A stretch of DNA of 63,159 nt, the filler included, from Reclinomonas americana ATCC 50394 (Eukaryota): assembly GCA_048213135.1 (NCBI GenBank). It is 15 parts of 12 records of this genome, joined end to end, with 100 filler letters (N's around TTAATTAATTAA, not from the genome) between each part and the next. Parts side by side here need not be neighbours in the genome. Positions count along the whole stretch, not along the records: positions 23,453 to 27,557 come from PS015945.1; positions 27,658 to 39,988 come from PS015945.1; positions 40,089 to 42,151 come from PS015946.1; positions 42,252 to 45,247 come from PS015946.1; positions 45,348 to 53,783 come from PS015947.1; 10 more parts are not named here. One strand, written 5' to 3'. Position numbers and translations under genes: made by a program. The notes under the pieces are model-generated. The model saw only the letters and a list, made by a program, of their open reading frames with translations, did not search any database and was not told the origin of the DNA. The first letter of the stretch is position 1, and the number at the start of each line of letters is the position of its first letter. Shown here in pieces: positions 24,518 through 46,600 of this stretch.

Positions 24518-25301
24518 CGACAACAACTTTACAAATCCAAACAGCAACACAGGTGCATGATGATCACCATCATCATGTTTTGCAACACGAGTTGTCGACG
24601 AGTCCGGATCCGCTTCTCTCCTCCTCTAGATCTTCCGCTCCACCGTAATCGGCACACAGAAGCGGGTGCGCATGCGCCCGCGCACCCAACACTCCGGTGG
24701 TGCATGCACTTGAAAGCGCTGCTTGCTGGCTGCATCACATGCATCAAATGCATGATGCGCTTGTGTCGCGATCGTGAATGCGAATTGATATTGCGCGCAG
24801 CGTGATGCATTGGCTGCGCGAAACAGTCACCGCAACATAGTGCACATGCTCCTCCCACACGCGCGCACTTGCAGTGCTCTGTTTTCCTTCTCACTCGAAA
24901 CCAAATTCGACTGCATAACCCCATATGGCCATTCGTTCTTCACACTAGTTTCCACGCCTCGAGCACCACCTCCACAACGCTCTTCCCGACATGACAACGC
25001 ACACACGCTCGTGCAAAGCACAGCTCGTACTACGCTCAGTCACCGTCTGACTGACCGACTCTTTCTCCACCAACAAACAAGATTCGAACGCAAATGCGCA
25101 AAGGTGATGAAAGGGCACTCCAAAAAGGACAACATGAGAGCGCCACAGTTTCCACAAGCAGTGTTGTACGACACGCATGCAACACCTGTCTCCTCATCTC
25201 CCTCTCTGTGTCGCTACACTCTCTTGTTTCTCTCTTTTCTCTCCCTCACTTGTTCTCACACTCCCGTCTTCTCTGCAGACGCACGCCCTCTATGGGCACT
25301 C

Positions 25302-34458
<9,157 letters not shown>

Positions 34459-34529
34459 GCAAGGAGGAGGAGAAGGCATAGGAGAAGAGGGAGAAGGAGA
34501 AGGGAGAAGAAAAAAGGAAAGGGAGAAGA

Positions 34530-35530
34530 AAGGAAAGAAAAGGGAATGGCGGGTAAACTACACGCGATGTGGTTCTCTTGAAAGAAGAAGGGAAAGAAAG
34601 GGAAGGGAGAAGGGAAAGAATTCGAAGGGAAGGGAGAAGGAGGGCAGAAGGGAAGGGAATGGCGGTTGAAGGAGAAGCGGGACAGGGGGTGGGAGAAGGG
34701 AAAGGAAGGGAGGGAGATGGTGGGTTGAAAGTGAGGAAAGAAGGGGGCAGAAAGGAAAGGCAATGGCGGTTGAAGGAGAAGCGGGACAGGGGGATGGGAG
34801 AAGGGAAAGAATCGAAAGGAGAAGGTGGGCTGCAAGGGAAGGGAACGGCGGTTGAAGGAGAAGCGGGACAGGGGGGTGGGAGAAGGGAAAGGAAGGGAGG
34901 GAGATGGTGGGTTGAAAGTGAAGAAAGAAGGGGGCAGAAAGGAAAGGCAATGGCGGTTGAAGGAGAAGCGGGACAGGGAGATGGGAGAAGGGAAAGAAAG
35001 GGAAGGGAATGGCGGGTACATGTCACGAGCCGTGGGTTTCTCTTGAAAGGAGAAGGGAAGGAAAAGAAAGGGAGAAGGAGGGCAGAATGGAGAAGGGGGA
35101 CAGGAGGGTGGGAGAAGGGAAAGAAAGGAAGGGAGAAGGTGGGCAGAAGGGAAGGGAATGGCGGTTGAAGGAGAAGGGAAGGGAAGTGGGATGGGAGAAG
35201 GGAAAGCAAGGGAGGAAAGAAAGGGATGGGAGAAGGAGGGCAGAAAGGAGCGAGCCATGGATGAAGGAGAAGGGAGGCAGGGGGATGGGAGAAGGGAAAG
35301 AAAGGAAGGGAGAAGGTGGGCAGAAGGGAAGAAAGAAGGGGGTAGAAAGGAAAGGGAATGGCGGTTGAAGGAGAAGCGTGACAGGGGGGTGGGAGAAGGG
35401 AAAGAAAGGGAATGGAATGGCGGGTACATGTCACGAGCCGTGGGTTTCTCTAGACAGGAGGAGGGAAGAGGGATGGGAGAAGGGAAAGAAAGGGAAGAGA
35501 ATGGCGGGTAAAATGTCGCGAGCCGAAGGA
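34530..35530. repeat. Purine-rich minisatellite (core AATGGCGGTTGAAGGAGAAGCGGGACAGGGG)
   Basis: Several imperfect copies downstream of the adhesin stop codon. Confidence 0.85.
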
Positions 35531-36175
35531 GAAGGGGGGAGGAAGATGGGTTGAAGGGCAGAATGACGTTCTGCGTCGCGTGCTTGCGGTATCTCGTTCT
35601 GAAATGCACGTACTTCTGTGGCGTGTGCTCACCCAAGATGGTGATTACTTTGCCGTCTGTACGCTGCACTGCACTGCAGCATCAGTTCAGCAGAGCGAGG
35701 AGAGGAGAGCACGAGGGGAAGAGACAATGCCGGCCGTTTCCCTTCCTCGAGCCAATCTCTTTCTTATCGGATCGTGAAAGTGTGTGGGGAACAAATCGGA
35801 AGAGTGGCCTCCACAGAATTCTTTGTCACGAGGCCGCACTTGTAAGAGGAAACACTCGAAGAGGACAGCATGCATGTGCGCACTGGTTCGTTGTTGATAC
35901 CAAGGTGAGGTTGTGAGCGTTGATCCTCGACGATGGATCACGCGGCATCGATATCAGGCGCTCGATCGAGTCGTCTCACCTGTCGACCGCGACTGATCAT
36001 GATCAACGCCATGTCGCAGTCCCTGGCCGATGGCATAGGCCTCTGTCGCTTGCAAGCTGCAACACTCCTTGCCCATCAAGTCCGCTTTCATGACAAAACC
36101 TGTCACGTTGTCCGGACAGCATCGATTTGCAACTCGACACACGCACTCCTTCTCTCTTTCTTTCTCCCTTTCACC

Positions 36176-38404
36176 ATGGAGCTCCTCGGCAAGTTCCAGT
36201 GCTGGCGCGACGCCTACTGCGTCTCCCGCGACGGCACCCTCATCGCCTTCCTCTCACACAGCGACGACGACGCGCACGATCAAACCGACATGGACGACGA
36301 GGACGAGCGCACAGTGAACGTCACGCTGCTCGACGGCCGCACCACCGAGCGCGTCGACCACTTCCCTGTCCTGCGCGACTACGCCGTCGACGATGTCCGC
36401 GCCATGTGTGTCACACGCGACTATGTGGCCACGGTTGTGTGCGACGAGTACGGAGTCGCCTATGTGTGGGTCACAGAGACCGCGGAGAGCACGCGATCGG
36501 GCGCGTTGCCAGTGGGCGGTCGCCACTATGACTACATTACAACAAACAGCAGCACGCGTACGGGCGTGGACAGCAAGAAAGCGCGCGGAGGAATTCGTCA
36601 CTTGTCTCCTTCTGTGGACGGGGATATGCTGGTGTTTGCCAGTGACGAGCAGGTGTGGACTGTGCTGCCGTATCGTGACACGCCCGTGGATGAGTACACG
36701 TGGGTGCTTCGGCCTATTGCAGGTGCAGCGGCGAGTCGTATTGAGCAGCTGTGCGTCAGTGACTCGCACATTGTGCTGTGCGACACGCAGTTTCGCGTGT
36801 TGGTGTTGCCGGTGTTGGCGGCACGGCATCGGCAGCCGGAGCAGCGTGCGCAGGCGGAGTGTATTGCTGTGAGTGGCAATGGAACGACTGTGGTGTGTCT
36901 GTTGCGGAGCACGGTGTGTGTCTACGATGGGGCGTGCAGTCGGCGCCTGCGTGAGTTTGACACGGGCGGCTACTCGGTCTTCCGGTTCGGTCTCAATCGA
37001 GTGGCGCTGTCGGGCGACGGGCGGCTGTTGATGTATGTGGCCGAGGGGAAGCGGTTGGTGATGACGAGCACGGTAGAGGAGGAGGAGGGAGGGGCGCCGA
37101 CGGTGGTTGAGACACCGTTTGGAGAGGCGTATTGGAATGACGAGAGTGGTGTGTGCTGGGTGGCCGCGTACGGGTGCGGCATGCTCGGTCGTGGCAGTGC
37201 CGGTGGTAGCGGAGCCATGGACAGTAGCATGGAGGTGGTTCGATGGCTCGGCTCCTCCTGCATCTCGCTGGACGACCATGACCCCACCGCCTACACGGTC
37301 ACTTTTGCAGTGATCTCTGGGTGTCGTACGCGCATGGCGGTGGCGTTGGATGTGCGTTCGTCTCCGGATCGACCGCGCTACTCGAGCACTGTCCACACTC
37401 GTTGCCTGTACTCGGGCAGGCTGCTGCGGGAGCTTGCGCTGCCGGCGGACGACATGGAGGTGCGTGCGTTGGCCTCTGGCGAGACCACGCACAGTCCGCT
37501 CTACGTCGCCACCCGCACGTGCGTACTCGGCTACTCGTGGACGACTGGCGACCGCCTCACCACGATTTGGGTGGGCGGAGTGTCCGCCATGTGGCCGTCG
37601 CCTGCCGACGGTCTCGTGCTGACCACGCTCTCCTTTGACGGCACGCTGATGCGCAACGGTGTGCAACTGGCGGGTCGCCTGCCGCGCGACACACGAATGG
37701 CGGTGCTGGTTCGCGAGGCGGATCGCGAGTACGTGGTGGGGCTTGCCGACCAGCCGCGGCAGCAGCTGGTGTCGGTGGAGGTGGGCGGCGATCGCGTGCG
37801 GCGATTCGATCTGAACGACTACTCCCGCCGCTTCGTGCTGCAGGCCGCGCGCGACATCGACGGACTGGTGCACGCGGCGTGCGACGTACACGACTCGTAC
37901 ACTCTGCGAGCCGACGATCTGACAGTCGTGCGCGACTTGCGCAACCAGCTGAGTGGGCTGCGGGTGACCAAGTTCGTGGGCCAGCACCTGGCTCTCGGGT
38001 TGCACGGTAATTATGACTCGCTCGTTCTCCAGCATCACCGCTACCGTGAGGTGTGCCGGCATTGGCGCCTGGTGCACATCGGTGACCGCTTCTTCATACC
38101 GAAGCAGCTCAACGGCCGACTGTGCTTCGATTGGCGCAGCGACGGTGCCGCGGTGGTGCTCGTCAACAATTGCCGGCTCTACGTCGCGCGGGTGAATGTG
38201 GCCGCGCGGGAGGTCGACGAGGTGGAGGCGGCGATTTCGTTTGTGAGGATGTTGTGCAAGGAAAGGGGGAAGGAGGTGGAGGATAAGGAGGAGGAGGAGG
38301 AGGATGGGGAGCCGCTGCCGTTGCAGGTGTTGAGGTGTTTTGTGGCGGAGGAGGCGAGGGTGTTGGCGTGGAGGGTGTTGAGGGGGGTGGTGTTGATCAA
38401 ATAA
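36176..38404 (+). CDS. Intronless ~742-aa protein with divergent WD40/YVTN-like beta-propeller blades
   Basis: Long GC3-rich ORF from ACCATGG at 36176. Blade-like segments CVSRDGTLIAF, CIAVSGNGTTVV...VCVYD, VALSGDGRLLMY, FDWRSDGAAVVL. Confidence 0.65.
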   Translation: MELLGKFQCWRDAYCVSRDGTLIAFLSHSDDDAHDQTDMDDEDERTVNVTLLDGRTTERVDHFPVLRDYAVDDVRAMCVTRDYVATVVCDEYGVAYVWVTETAESTRSGALPVGGRHYDYITTNSSTRTGVDSKKARGGIRHLSPSVDGDMLVFASDEQVWTVLPYRDTPVDEYTWVLRPIAGAAASRIEQLCVSDSHIVLCDTQFRVLVLPVLAARHRQPEQRAQAECIAVSGNGTTVVCLLRSTVCVYDGACSRRLREFDTGGYSVFRFGLNRVALSGDGRLLMYVAEGKRLVMTSTVEEEEGGAPTVVETPFGEAYWNDESGVCWVAAYGCGMLGRGSAGGSGAMDSSMEVVRWLGSSCISLDDHDPTAYTVTFAVISGCRTRMAVALDVRSSPDRPRYSSTVHTRCLYSGRLLRELALPADDMEVRALASGETTHSPLYVATRTCVLGYSWTTGDRLTTIWVGGVSAMWPSPADGLVLTTLSFDGTLMRNGVQLAGRLPRDTRMAVLVREADREYVVGLADQPRQQLVSVEVGGDRVRRFDLNDYSRRFVLQAARDIDGLVHAACDVHDSYTLRADDLTVVRDLRNQLSGLRVTKFVGQHLALGLHGNYDSLVLQHHRYREVCRHWRLVHIGDRFFIPKQLNGRLCFDWRSDGAAVVLVNNCRLYVARVNVAAREVDEVEAAISFVRMLCKERGKEVEDKEEEEEDGEPLPLQVLRCFVAEEARVLAWRVLRGVVLIK

Positions 38405-38509
38405 TAAAAGGCGAAGAAGAATAGGGAAGGGGTAAAAGGGGAAGAAAAGGGGAAGGGGTGCAGAGGGGAAGGAGAGGGAGAGAGAGGAGAGGAGAGGAGT
38501 GGAGAGGGG

Positions 38510-39350
38510 AGAAGAGAGGAAGAAGCAGGGGAGACAAGAAACACAGAGTGAGATGGACAGAGGAGAAGAGAGAGAAGGAGACGAGAAACAAGGGAGGAGA
38601 AGAGAAAATAGGAGGAGACACTATGGACAGGAGAGAAGAGAAGAAGAGAGAGAAGAAGGAGGAGGAGACAAAGAAAGACAGATTGAGATGGACGGAGGAG
38701 ATGAGAAGAAGAGAAAGAAGCAGGAGGAGACAAGAAATACAGTGACAGAAGAGAAGAGGAAGAAGAGAAAGGAGGAGGAGATAAATGAACACAGAGTGAG
38801 ATTGACGGAAGAGAAGATAAGAGTAGAAGAGGAATACAGAGTGAGATGGACAGAAGAGAAGAGGACAAGGAGGAGACAGAAACACAGAGAGAGACGGACA
38901 CAAGAGAAGAGAAGAAGGCGGAATAGACAAGGAACACCGAGAGCGATGCGCAAAAGAGAAGAAGAGAAGCGAGAAACAAAGAGTGAGATGGACGGAGAGA
39001 AGAGAGAGAAAGAGGAGGTGGAAACAAAAAAACAGAGTTAGATGGACAGTGGAGAAGACAAGAAGAGAAAGAAGAAGAGGGAGGAGGAGACAAGAACCAC
39101 AGATTGAGAGAAGAGAAGAAGAGAGAAAAGAAGCAGGAGGAGACAAGAAATACAGAGTCAGAGGGACAGAAGAGATGAGATTGAGAGATGGAGGAGGAGG
39201 CAGGAAACATGGAGTGACATGGACAGAAGAGAAGAGAGAAATGGAGGAGGAAGCAGCAAGAAACAAGTGAGATGGACAGAAGATGAGAAGAAGAGAAAGA
39301 AGAAGGAGGAGACAAGAACCAAGATGTGATGGACAGAAGAGAAGAGAAAA
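38510..39350. repeat. Purine-rich ~55-60 bp imperfect tandem repeat (ACAGAGTGAGATGGACAGAAGAGAAGAG core)
   Basis: More than 10 degenerate copies visible. Confidence 0.8.
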
Positions 39351-40089
39351 GAGCTGAATAGAAGCGAAGAGATGAAAGAAAGAAGAAAGAGAAGAGAGAA
39401 ATGAGTTGTTAGTATCCGTGTTTCCCCCTTCGTTCCAACAATTGTTGGAGAGGGTGGAAAGTGAGAGAAGAAACGATCTGTTCACAGTCTCCTTCGTCTT
39501 GTTGTCTTCTTCCAACAAACTATGAAGAAGGAGGAGAGGAATCACTTTCTTCTTGCTTCCCAGCTTTTCAACAAAAGAGGAGGAGGCAGAGTCGAATCCT
39601 TCTCATCTCTTCGTGTTCTGACTGAGAAGGTGAAGATGGCTAACGCCTAGAAATACCAAGACACCCCTTTTCCTCCTCTCTAATCTTGCTGAAGAAAGAC
39701 GAGAAAGGAAGATGAGGAGGTGGGTCGCAAGCCATCTGTCCTTTCTCTTCACACACTTTGGACGAAGAGTAATCAACGGCTTCTCTCTCCTGTCAGAAGA
39801 AAGGCGACCAGATAAAGAGAGTGAGAGTGAGGAGAGAACAGAATGCCGTGTTTCCCATTTTCTCTCCTGTTTCTCCTGTCTTCTCTTCTCTTCTCCTCTC
39901 TTCTCTCTTTCCCCTCTTCCCCCACCAAAGCCAAGCAAAAACCAATCCTCCCCACCGCTACCTCCCTTTGCTTCCCTTCACTACGAAGNNNNNNNNNNNN
40001 NNNNNNNNNNNNNNNNNNNNNNNNNNNNNNNNTTAATTAATTAANNNNNNNNNNNNNNNNNNNNNNNNNNNNNNNNNNNNNNNNNNNNC

Positions 40090-40548
40090 CGCTCACGCTG
40101 GAGCTGGCGGTGGAGTTGAAGGAGGCCGGCAATGCGTGCTTTCGCGAGCGGAATGTCGCTGGCGCGCTGACGGCGTTTCGCATGGCCATTACGCGCCTGG
40201 AGGGCTACCAGTGGTGCGAGGCGGCAGAGGCGCGTGACGAGGCGGTGGCGGCACTCGTGGCGCTGCACTGCAATGTGGCGGCGTGCCATTTGCAGCTGTC
40301 GGAGCACGCGGCCGCGCAGCAGGCGGCGACGCAGTGCTTGGCGCTCGACGCGCACAATGTGAAGGCGCTGTATCGGCGGGCGGTGGCGCACCAGGCGCTG
40401 GGGGCGCTCGCCGATGCCGGCGCCGATTTGCAGCGGGCGCTCGAACTCGCCCCGCAGGATGCGGTGCTGCAGCGGGCGTGGGCGCAGTTGCGGGAGGCGC
40501 AGGAGCAGGCCGAGGTGAGGGAGAGGGGTATGTTTCGCAAGATGTTTG
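40090..40548 (+). CDS. C-terminal TPR domain of an FKBP52/FKBP62- or Cyp40-type Hsp90 co-chaperone-like protein (partial)
   Basis: LKEAGNACF, LHCNVAACHLQL, NVKALYRRAVA, DLQRALELAP and the terminal ER.MFRKMF motif. Confidence 0.8.
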
Positions 40549-40769
40549 NNNNNNNNNNNNNNNNNNNNNNNNNNNNNNNNNNNNNNNNNNNNNNNNNNNN
40601 NNNNNNNNNNNNNNNNNNNNNNNNNNNNNNNNNNNNNNNNNNNNNNNNNNNNNNNNNNNNNNNNNNNNNNNNNNNNNNNNNNNNNNNNNNNNNNNNNNNN
40701 NNNNNNNNNNNNNNNNNNNNNNNNNNNNNNNNNNNNNNNNNNNNNNNNNNNNNNNNNNNNNNNNNNNNN

Positions 40770-41186
40770 TGGAGGACGCCGGTGCGCCTCCTCGCCCTCC
40801 TCATCGTGCGGCGCACCAAACGACTCCGGCGTGTGCACGCCGAAATCGCGCCACGAGTCGCCCTGCCAGTGCACGCGACCCGCCACCAGACGCACACCGC
40901 CCAGCAGCGGAAAGAGACGCGTTGTCAGGTACTCGAGCCAGTCGCGATGCTTGTAGAACGACTCGACTTGTGGGTCCCATTGCAGCTGTCGCCCGTCGTC
41001 GCTAATCATCCATCCGCAGCGCTTGCTGGGGAGGGAGGGTGATGGTTGTGCTTCGAGAGCGGCGGTGCATTCAATGATGAATTCGCCCGAGTCGCCAGGG
41101 GGGAGGCCGGCGGATTCGCGGAGGTGGTGGTGTGGTTCGGTGGTGGGGGAGAGGGAGGTGAGGGTGGGGAGCGAGATGGAAAGGCG
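40770..41186 (-). CDS. Exon resembling an uncharacterised phage/bacterial protein family (CxW...DG..L.WD...FY...WL.YL...G.V.WQG.D.G)
   Basis: LRESAGLPPGDSGEF...RCGWMISDDGRQLQWDPQVESFYKHRDWLEYLTTRLF...GRVHWQGDSWRDFG, after a polypyrimidine tract and CAG. The family resemblance is from memory. Confidence 0.6.
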
Positions 41187-42097
41187 CTGTGGAGGGGGAG
41201 AAGGGGGTGGAAGGGGAAGCAGGGGAAGGGTGAGGGGAAGGGGAAAGAGGGGAAGGGAGAAAGGGAAGGGAGGGTGAGGAGAAGGGGAAATAGGGGAAGG
41301 GAAGGAGGGGAAGGGAGGGTGAGGAGAAGGGAGAAGGGGAAGGAGGGGAAGGGGAAGGATGAGCAGGGGGAGGAGGGGGAAGACGGGAGAGAGGAGGGAA
41401 AGAGAGAGGCAAAGGAGGAGAATGCAAATGAGGAGAAGCGAGAGGAATGCAGAGAGAGGAAGGAGAACGTGGGGAGACAGAGAGAGATGGAAACAAGGAG
41501 GAGTGACTGCGAGAGCGAGTGTGTGAGCGAGAGAGAGAGAGCAAGTGGGGAGGGACAACTGTGAGAGCGATTGAGAGAGAAGAGAGCAAGGAGCCTTCTC
41601 TCCCAGCTGCTATCTCTCTCTGAGAGAGAAAGAGGAGAGGAAGGAAGGAGTAGAGAATGGGAGAGAGAGAGAGAACGGAAGCAAGTGAGGGAGGTAGAAT
41701 GAGGAAGGCACAGAGTCAGGAGGAGTAGAGCTCTCCCAGCTGCTGTCTCTCTCTGAGAGAGAGAAAAGAGAGAGAGAGAGAGAGAGAGAGGAGAGGACGG
41801 AAGGAGGAGAGAATGAGAGAGAGAGGAAAGTGGAAAAGAGCTGGCGAGGGGGTGTAGAGTGAATGAGGAAGGCACAGAGACAGGAGGAGCAGAGACAGTG
41901 AGTACGAGAGAGAAGAACAGTCTCTTTCTCAGTGTGTGAGTGATTGAGTGAGAAGAGAGCAAGGAGTCTCCTCTCACAAGCTGCTCTCTCTCTCTCTCTC
42001 TCTTGTGAGTGCGTGAGAGAGAGGGAGAAAGACAAGTGAAAGATTGAATTGATCAAAGGACTCTTCTCACACACAATCTGCTCTCTCGCATGTGTGC

Positions 42098-42148
<51 letters not shown>

Positions 42149-42776
42149 CACNNNNNNNNNNNNNNNNNNNNNNNNNNNNNNNNNNNNNNNNNNNNTTAAT
42201 TAATTAANNNNNNNNNNNNNNNNNNNNNNNNNNNNNNNNNNNNNNNNNNNNAGAGAGAGAGAGAGAGAGAGAGAGACTCTTGTCTTGTGCATCTCATCGC
42301 ATACACGATCAAAGTGATATTCACTCGCAAGCACGTACATTCACATGAGAGAGAGAGAAAGAGCGAGAGAGAAAGAGACTCCTGTGGAGCTCGGTTTACA
42401 CCCGATCAGAGTAATAGGCACGCGAACACTCACCAAGAGAGAAATATGAGAGAGACAACAGCGGAGCACGACGGATGTAAACTCCGCGAAGCAAGGCATT
42501 TGAGAGAGAGAGAGAGAGCGTAACAAGCTCCTGCTGCCACTCTTGTCATCACTCTCACCTTTCCGCGGAACTGCACTGCTGTTGTCTTCGTTTCTCTCGC
42601 GAGTTTCCTCTTGCCCTTCCTTGTCACTCTCCGCGAGAGAGAGAGAGAGTCCACAGCATACCGACTCGCAATCAAGCACACAAGTCTTGAAGACCTCTCC
42701 CTCCCACCCCCTTCCCGTTTCCCTCCCCCCCCCCCCTCACTCTGCCTTCCCCTCACCCTCCCTTCCCCCTTTCCAG

Positions 42777-43441
42777 GGCCACTGCATCCTGGAAATGCCC
42801 TCGGGCACCGGCAAAACCATCAGCCTCCTCTCCCTCATCACCTCGTACATGGCGGTGCACCCGGAGCGCGGCAAGTTGGTGTACTGCACGCGCACGGTGC
42901 CGGAGATGGAAAAGTGCCTGGAGGAGATGAAGCGCCTGCTGGCGTACCGCACCGAGGAGATGCGCAAGGAGGGCAGGCAGGCGGCGCCGTTCTTGGCGGT
43001 GGGTCTGTCGGCGCGCAAGAATCTGTGCATCCACCCCGAGGTCAGTGCCGAGGGCGACGGGCAGCTGGTGGACTCCAAGTGCCGCTCGATGACGGCGTCG
43101 TGGGTGCGCGAGCGGGTGGGAGCGGTGCAGAGGGTGGTGCGTCCCGGCGGTGCGGATGGAGAGGAGGATGTGGAGATGGCGCCCATGGCGGTGGATGATA
43201 TTGAGGATGGGCATCAGGGGTTGCGGTTGTGCAATTACTATGAGGAGTTTGAGAGGACGGGGAAGGAGGCGATATTGCCGCAAGGTGAGGAAGGGAAAGG
43301 GTGGGGGGAGGGGAAAGGGTGGAGGAGAGGGAAGAAGGGGGGAGGGAGAGGAGGGAAAGAGGGAGAGGGGCGGGCGACAGCTTTTGGTGTTGTCAGTTGC
43401 CGTCACTGCATACTGTGAGCGGTGGTGTTTCTCTCTTTCCT

Positions 43442-43472
<31 letters not shown>

Positions 43473-43626
43473 NNNNNNNNNNNNNNNNNNNNNNNNNNNN
43501 NNNNNNNNNNNNNNNNNNNNNNNNNNNNNNNNNNNNNNNNNNNNNNNNNNNNNNNNNNNNNNNNNNNNNNNNNNNNNNNNNNNNNNNNNNNNNNNNNNNN
43601 NNNNNNNNNNNNNNNNNNNNNNNTTC

Positions 43627-43668
<42 letters not shown>

Positions 43669-46600
43669 ATATCCTTTCTCGCCTTCTTTCTTTCTTTCCC
43701 TCTCTCGCTGTCTGTGCATATTTTTGCCTGTCTGTCAGTGTCTGTGCCTCTTTCTCTCTAACTCGTACGCGATCTCTCTCGATCTTTTCTTTCTCTCTTG
43801 CTGTATGTGTCTGTCTGTCTGTCTGTGTGTTTGCGTCTATGCCTCACTTTCTCGTCTCGCACGCGGTCTTTCTCGATCCTGGCTTTCTCTCTCTGCTGTC
43901 GGTCTGTTCGTGTGTATTTTAGTCTGTACCTCGCTCTCTCTCTCCTTTCTTTCTCTCTTGCTGTATGTGTCTATCTGTCTGTCTGCGTGTGTTTGCGTCT
44001 GTGCCTCTCTTTCTCTCTCAAAAGGTCTCGTACGTGATCTTTCTCAATCCTGGCTTTCTCTCTCTGCTGTCTGTCTGTTTGTCTGTCTGTGTGTGTCCCT
44101 CGCTCTCTCTCAAACTCCTTTCTCTCTCTCTCTGTATTTGTCTGCCTGTTTGTATGTGTATGTGCCTCGCTATCTCTCAAACTCGCACGCATTCTTTCTC
44201 GATCTTCCTTTGTCTCTAAACCCCTGTTTATGTCAGTGTGCCTGTTTGCCTGCGTGTTTGCCTGTCTGCCTTTCACTCTCTCTCACTCTCATTGCCACCC
44301 CTCATCCACCTTTTCTCCCATTCCCTTCCCCTTTTTGTGCAGGGGTGTACACCCTCGCCGAAATCCGCGAATTCGGCCGCGGCCACGGCTGGTGCCCGTA
44401 CTTCCTCGCCCGCCACATGATCCAAGTGGCCAATGTGGTGGTCTACAACTACGCCTACCTGCTGGACCCGAAGATCTCCGGCCTCGTCTCACACGAGTTG
44501 CCGCGCGACACGATTGTGGTGTTTGACGAGGCGCACAATATCGACAATGTGTGCATCGAGTCGCTGAGTGTCAATGTTGATCACTCGGTGCTGCGCTCCA
44601 GTGTGGCCTGTTTGACGCGGTTGGATCGGAAGATTCGAGAGTTGCGATCTGATTGGCTAGGGTGCAGCTCGGTGCTTCCGCCCTCTTTCTCTCACTCTCC
44701 CTCCCTTTCCCTCCCTTGCAGGATGCGCGAGCGGGACGCCGATCGCCTCAACCGCGAGTACAGACGGCTGGTCGAGGGACTGGCGTCGGCGGGTGTGAAT
44801 CGAGCGGATCGGCTAATGGCGAATCCCGTGCTGCCGGATGACATTCTGCAGCAGGCGGTGCCCGGCAACATTCGCAAGGCGGATCACTTTGTCAGTTTTA
44901 TGCGGCGATTTGTGGAATATGTCAAGGTGCGCAAGGGAGGGGAAAGGGGGGGGGGCGAGAAGAGGGAGAGGGAGAAAGAGAGAAAGAGAGGAAAAGGGTT
45001 CGAGGGTCTGGGGAAAAATGATAGGGGAGAGAGAGAGACGCGGATTGAGAGAATTATACACGAGGTAACAGCTTTGCGGATGAATATGTTTCTTCTTCTT
45101 TCCCTTTTTGCTCCCCCCTTTGCTCTCCCCCCTTCGCTCTTCCCCTTTCGCTCTCCCCCCTTTACTCTTCCCCTTTCGCTCTCCCCCTTTCGCTGTCCCC
45201 CCTTCGCTCTTCCCCCTTCGCTCTTCCCCCTTCGCTCTTCCCCCTTCNNNNNNNNNNNNNNNNNNNNNNNNNNNNNNNNNNNNNNNNNNNNTTAATTAAT
45301 TAANNNNNNNNNNNNNNNNNNNNNNNNNNNNNNNNNNNNNNNNNNNNCAGTCTCAGCGGCAGGTTCCAGTTGCTCCCCCCTGCTGTACCGTACAGTCCGC
45401 CTTGGCCGTCAGCATAACGGGGGTGGGAGACGCCTGGCTTTGTCTAACCTTTTCATCTTGACTTTGTCCTTTTTCTCTGGTTATGCGTCCTTTGTTGTCT
45501 GCATGTGACGTGGAGCTGGGCACAGACACTCGTCTGTCCTCTGCTTCTTGGTGTTTTTATTTACTCTGGTTCTGCGTTCAATTTGTCTGCATGTGACGTG
45601 GAGCTGGGCACAGACACTCGTCTGTCCTCTGCTTCTTGAGTACTTCATTTTCTCTGATTCTGTGTCCTCTGTTGTCTACGTGTGACGTTCTGGCTTATGT
45701 TTTCTTTCTCGCATTCGACCCCATCTCTCTTGTTCCGTTCCCCTTCACCGTTTATCCCGCTTCTCTCTCCCTCTCTTTCTCCCTCTGTGCTTGTGTGTCT
45801 GTGTGATTGTATGTGAGTGTATGTGTGTGTATGTGTGTGCGCGCGTGTGTGTGCGTGCGCGCATGTATGTATTTGTATGTAATCCTCCTGTCTCTCGTCC
45901 TTTTCCTTCTCACATATTTTCGTCGTCAGTGTGAGGAAGAGAAGGCGGATGTTGCACGAGGAAGGTGCCAACAGAGTGTGGAAAGAACACTTTTTCTCTT
46001 CTCCATCTTCTCTCCCGTTCATTCAACTCTCCCACTCTTCTCCTTCTCATTCGCTCTCTCTTCCTCCTGTCTCGTATTCCACCTGCACGGCATCCCCGTG
46101 ACCTCGCACGCTCTCATTCTTCTCTACCCCCCTTTCTCCTTCCACTTCTTTCTACCCCTACTTTACACGTCGCCCTTCATTTGCTGCCTCCCTGTCCTGG
46201 CCCCCTCTTTTCCATCTGTCCTTCCCCTTCCCCTCCTCTAACCACTTGATTGTTTGCAGATGGATCCGAATGAACCTGCACATCAAGGAAAAGGACTTTC
46301 TCGCATTCGACGCGCTGCGGCAGGCCTCGCAGTGCATCGGGCGCGTCATTCGAAACAAGACGGATTATGGACTGATGATTCTCGTCGATAGCGTGCGTCT
46401 GACGTCCGCTCTCCTTCTGTCGCCTCCCTGCCTCACCTTTTTATCATCTGTCGCAGAGATACAGCCACCACGACAAGCGCAGCAAGTTGCCGGCGTGGAT
46501 TGCGCAGTATTTGTCGGATCAGTATGTGAATTTGTCGGTGGAGCTGGCCATGTCGGTGGCAAGGGAGTTTTTGCGGGATATGTCGCAGCCGTGGGATCAG

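Noticed and set aside
36254..38077. 607-aa antisense ORF and other long shadow ORFs over the NLR and adhesin genes
   Set aside because: These are expected from GC3-rich codon bias on the coding strand, and they show no recognisable motifs.
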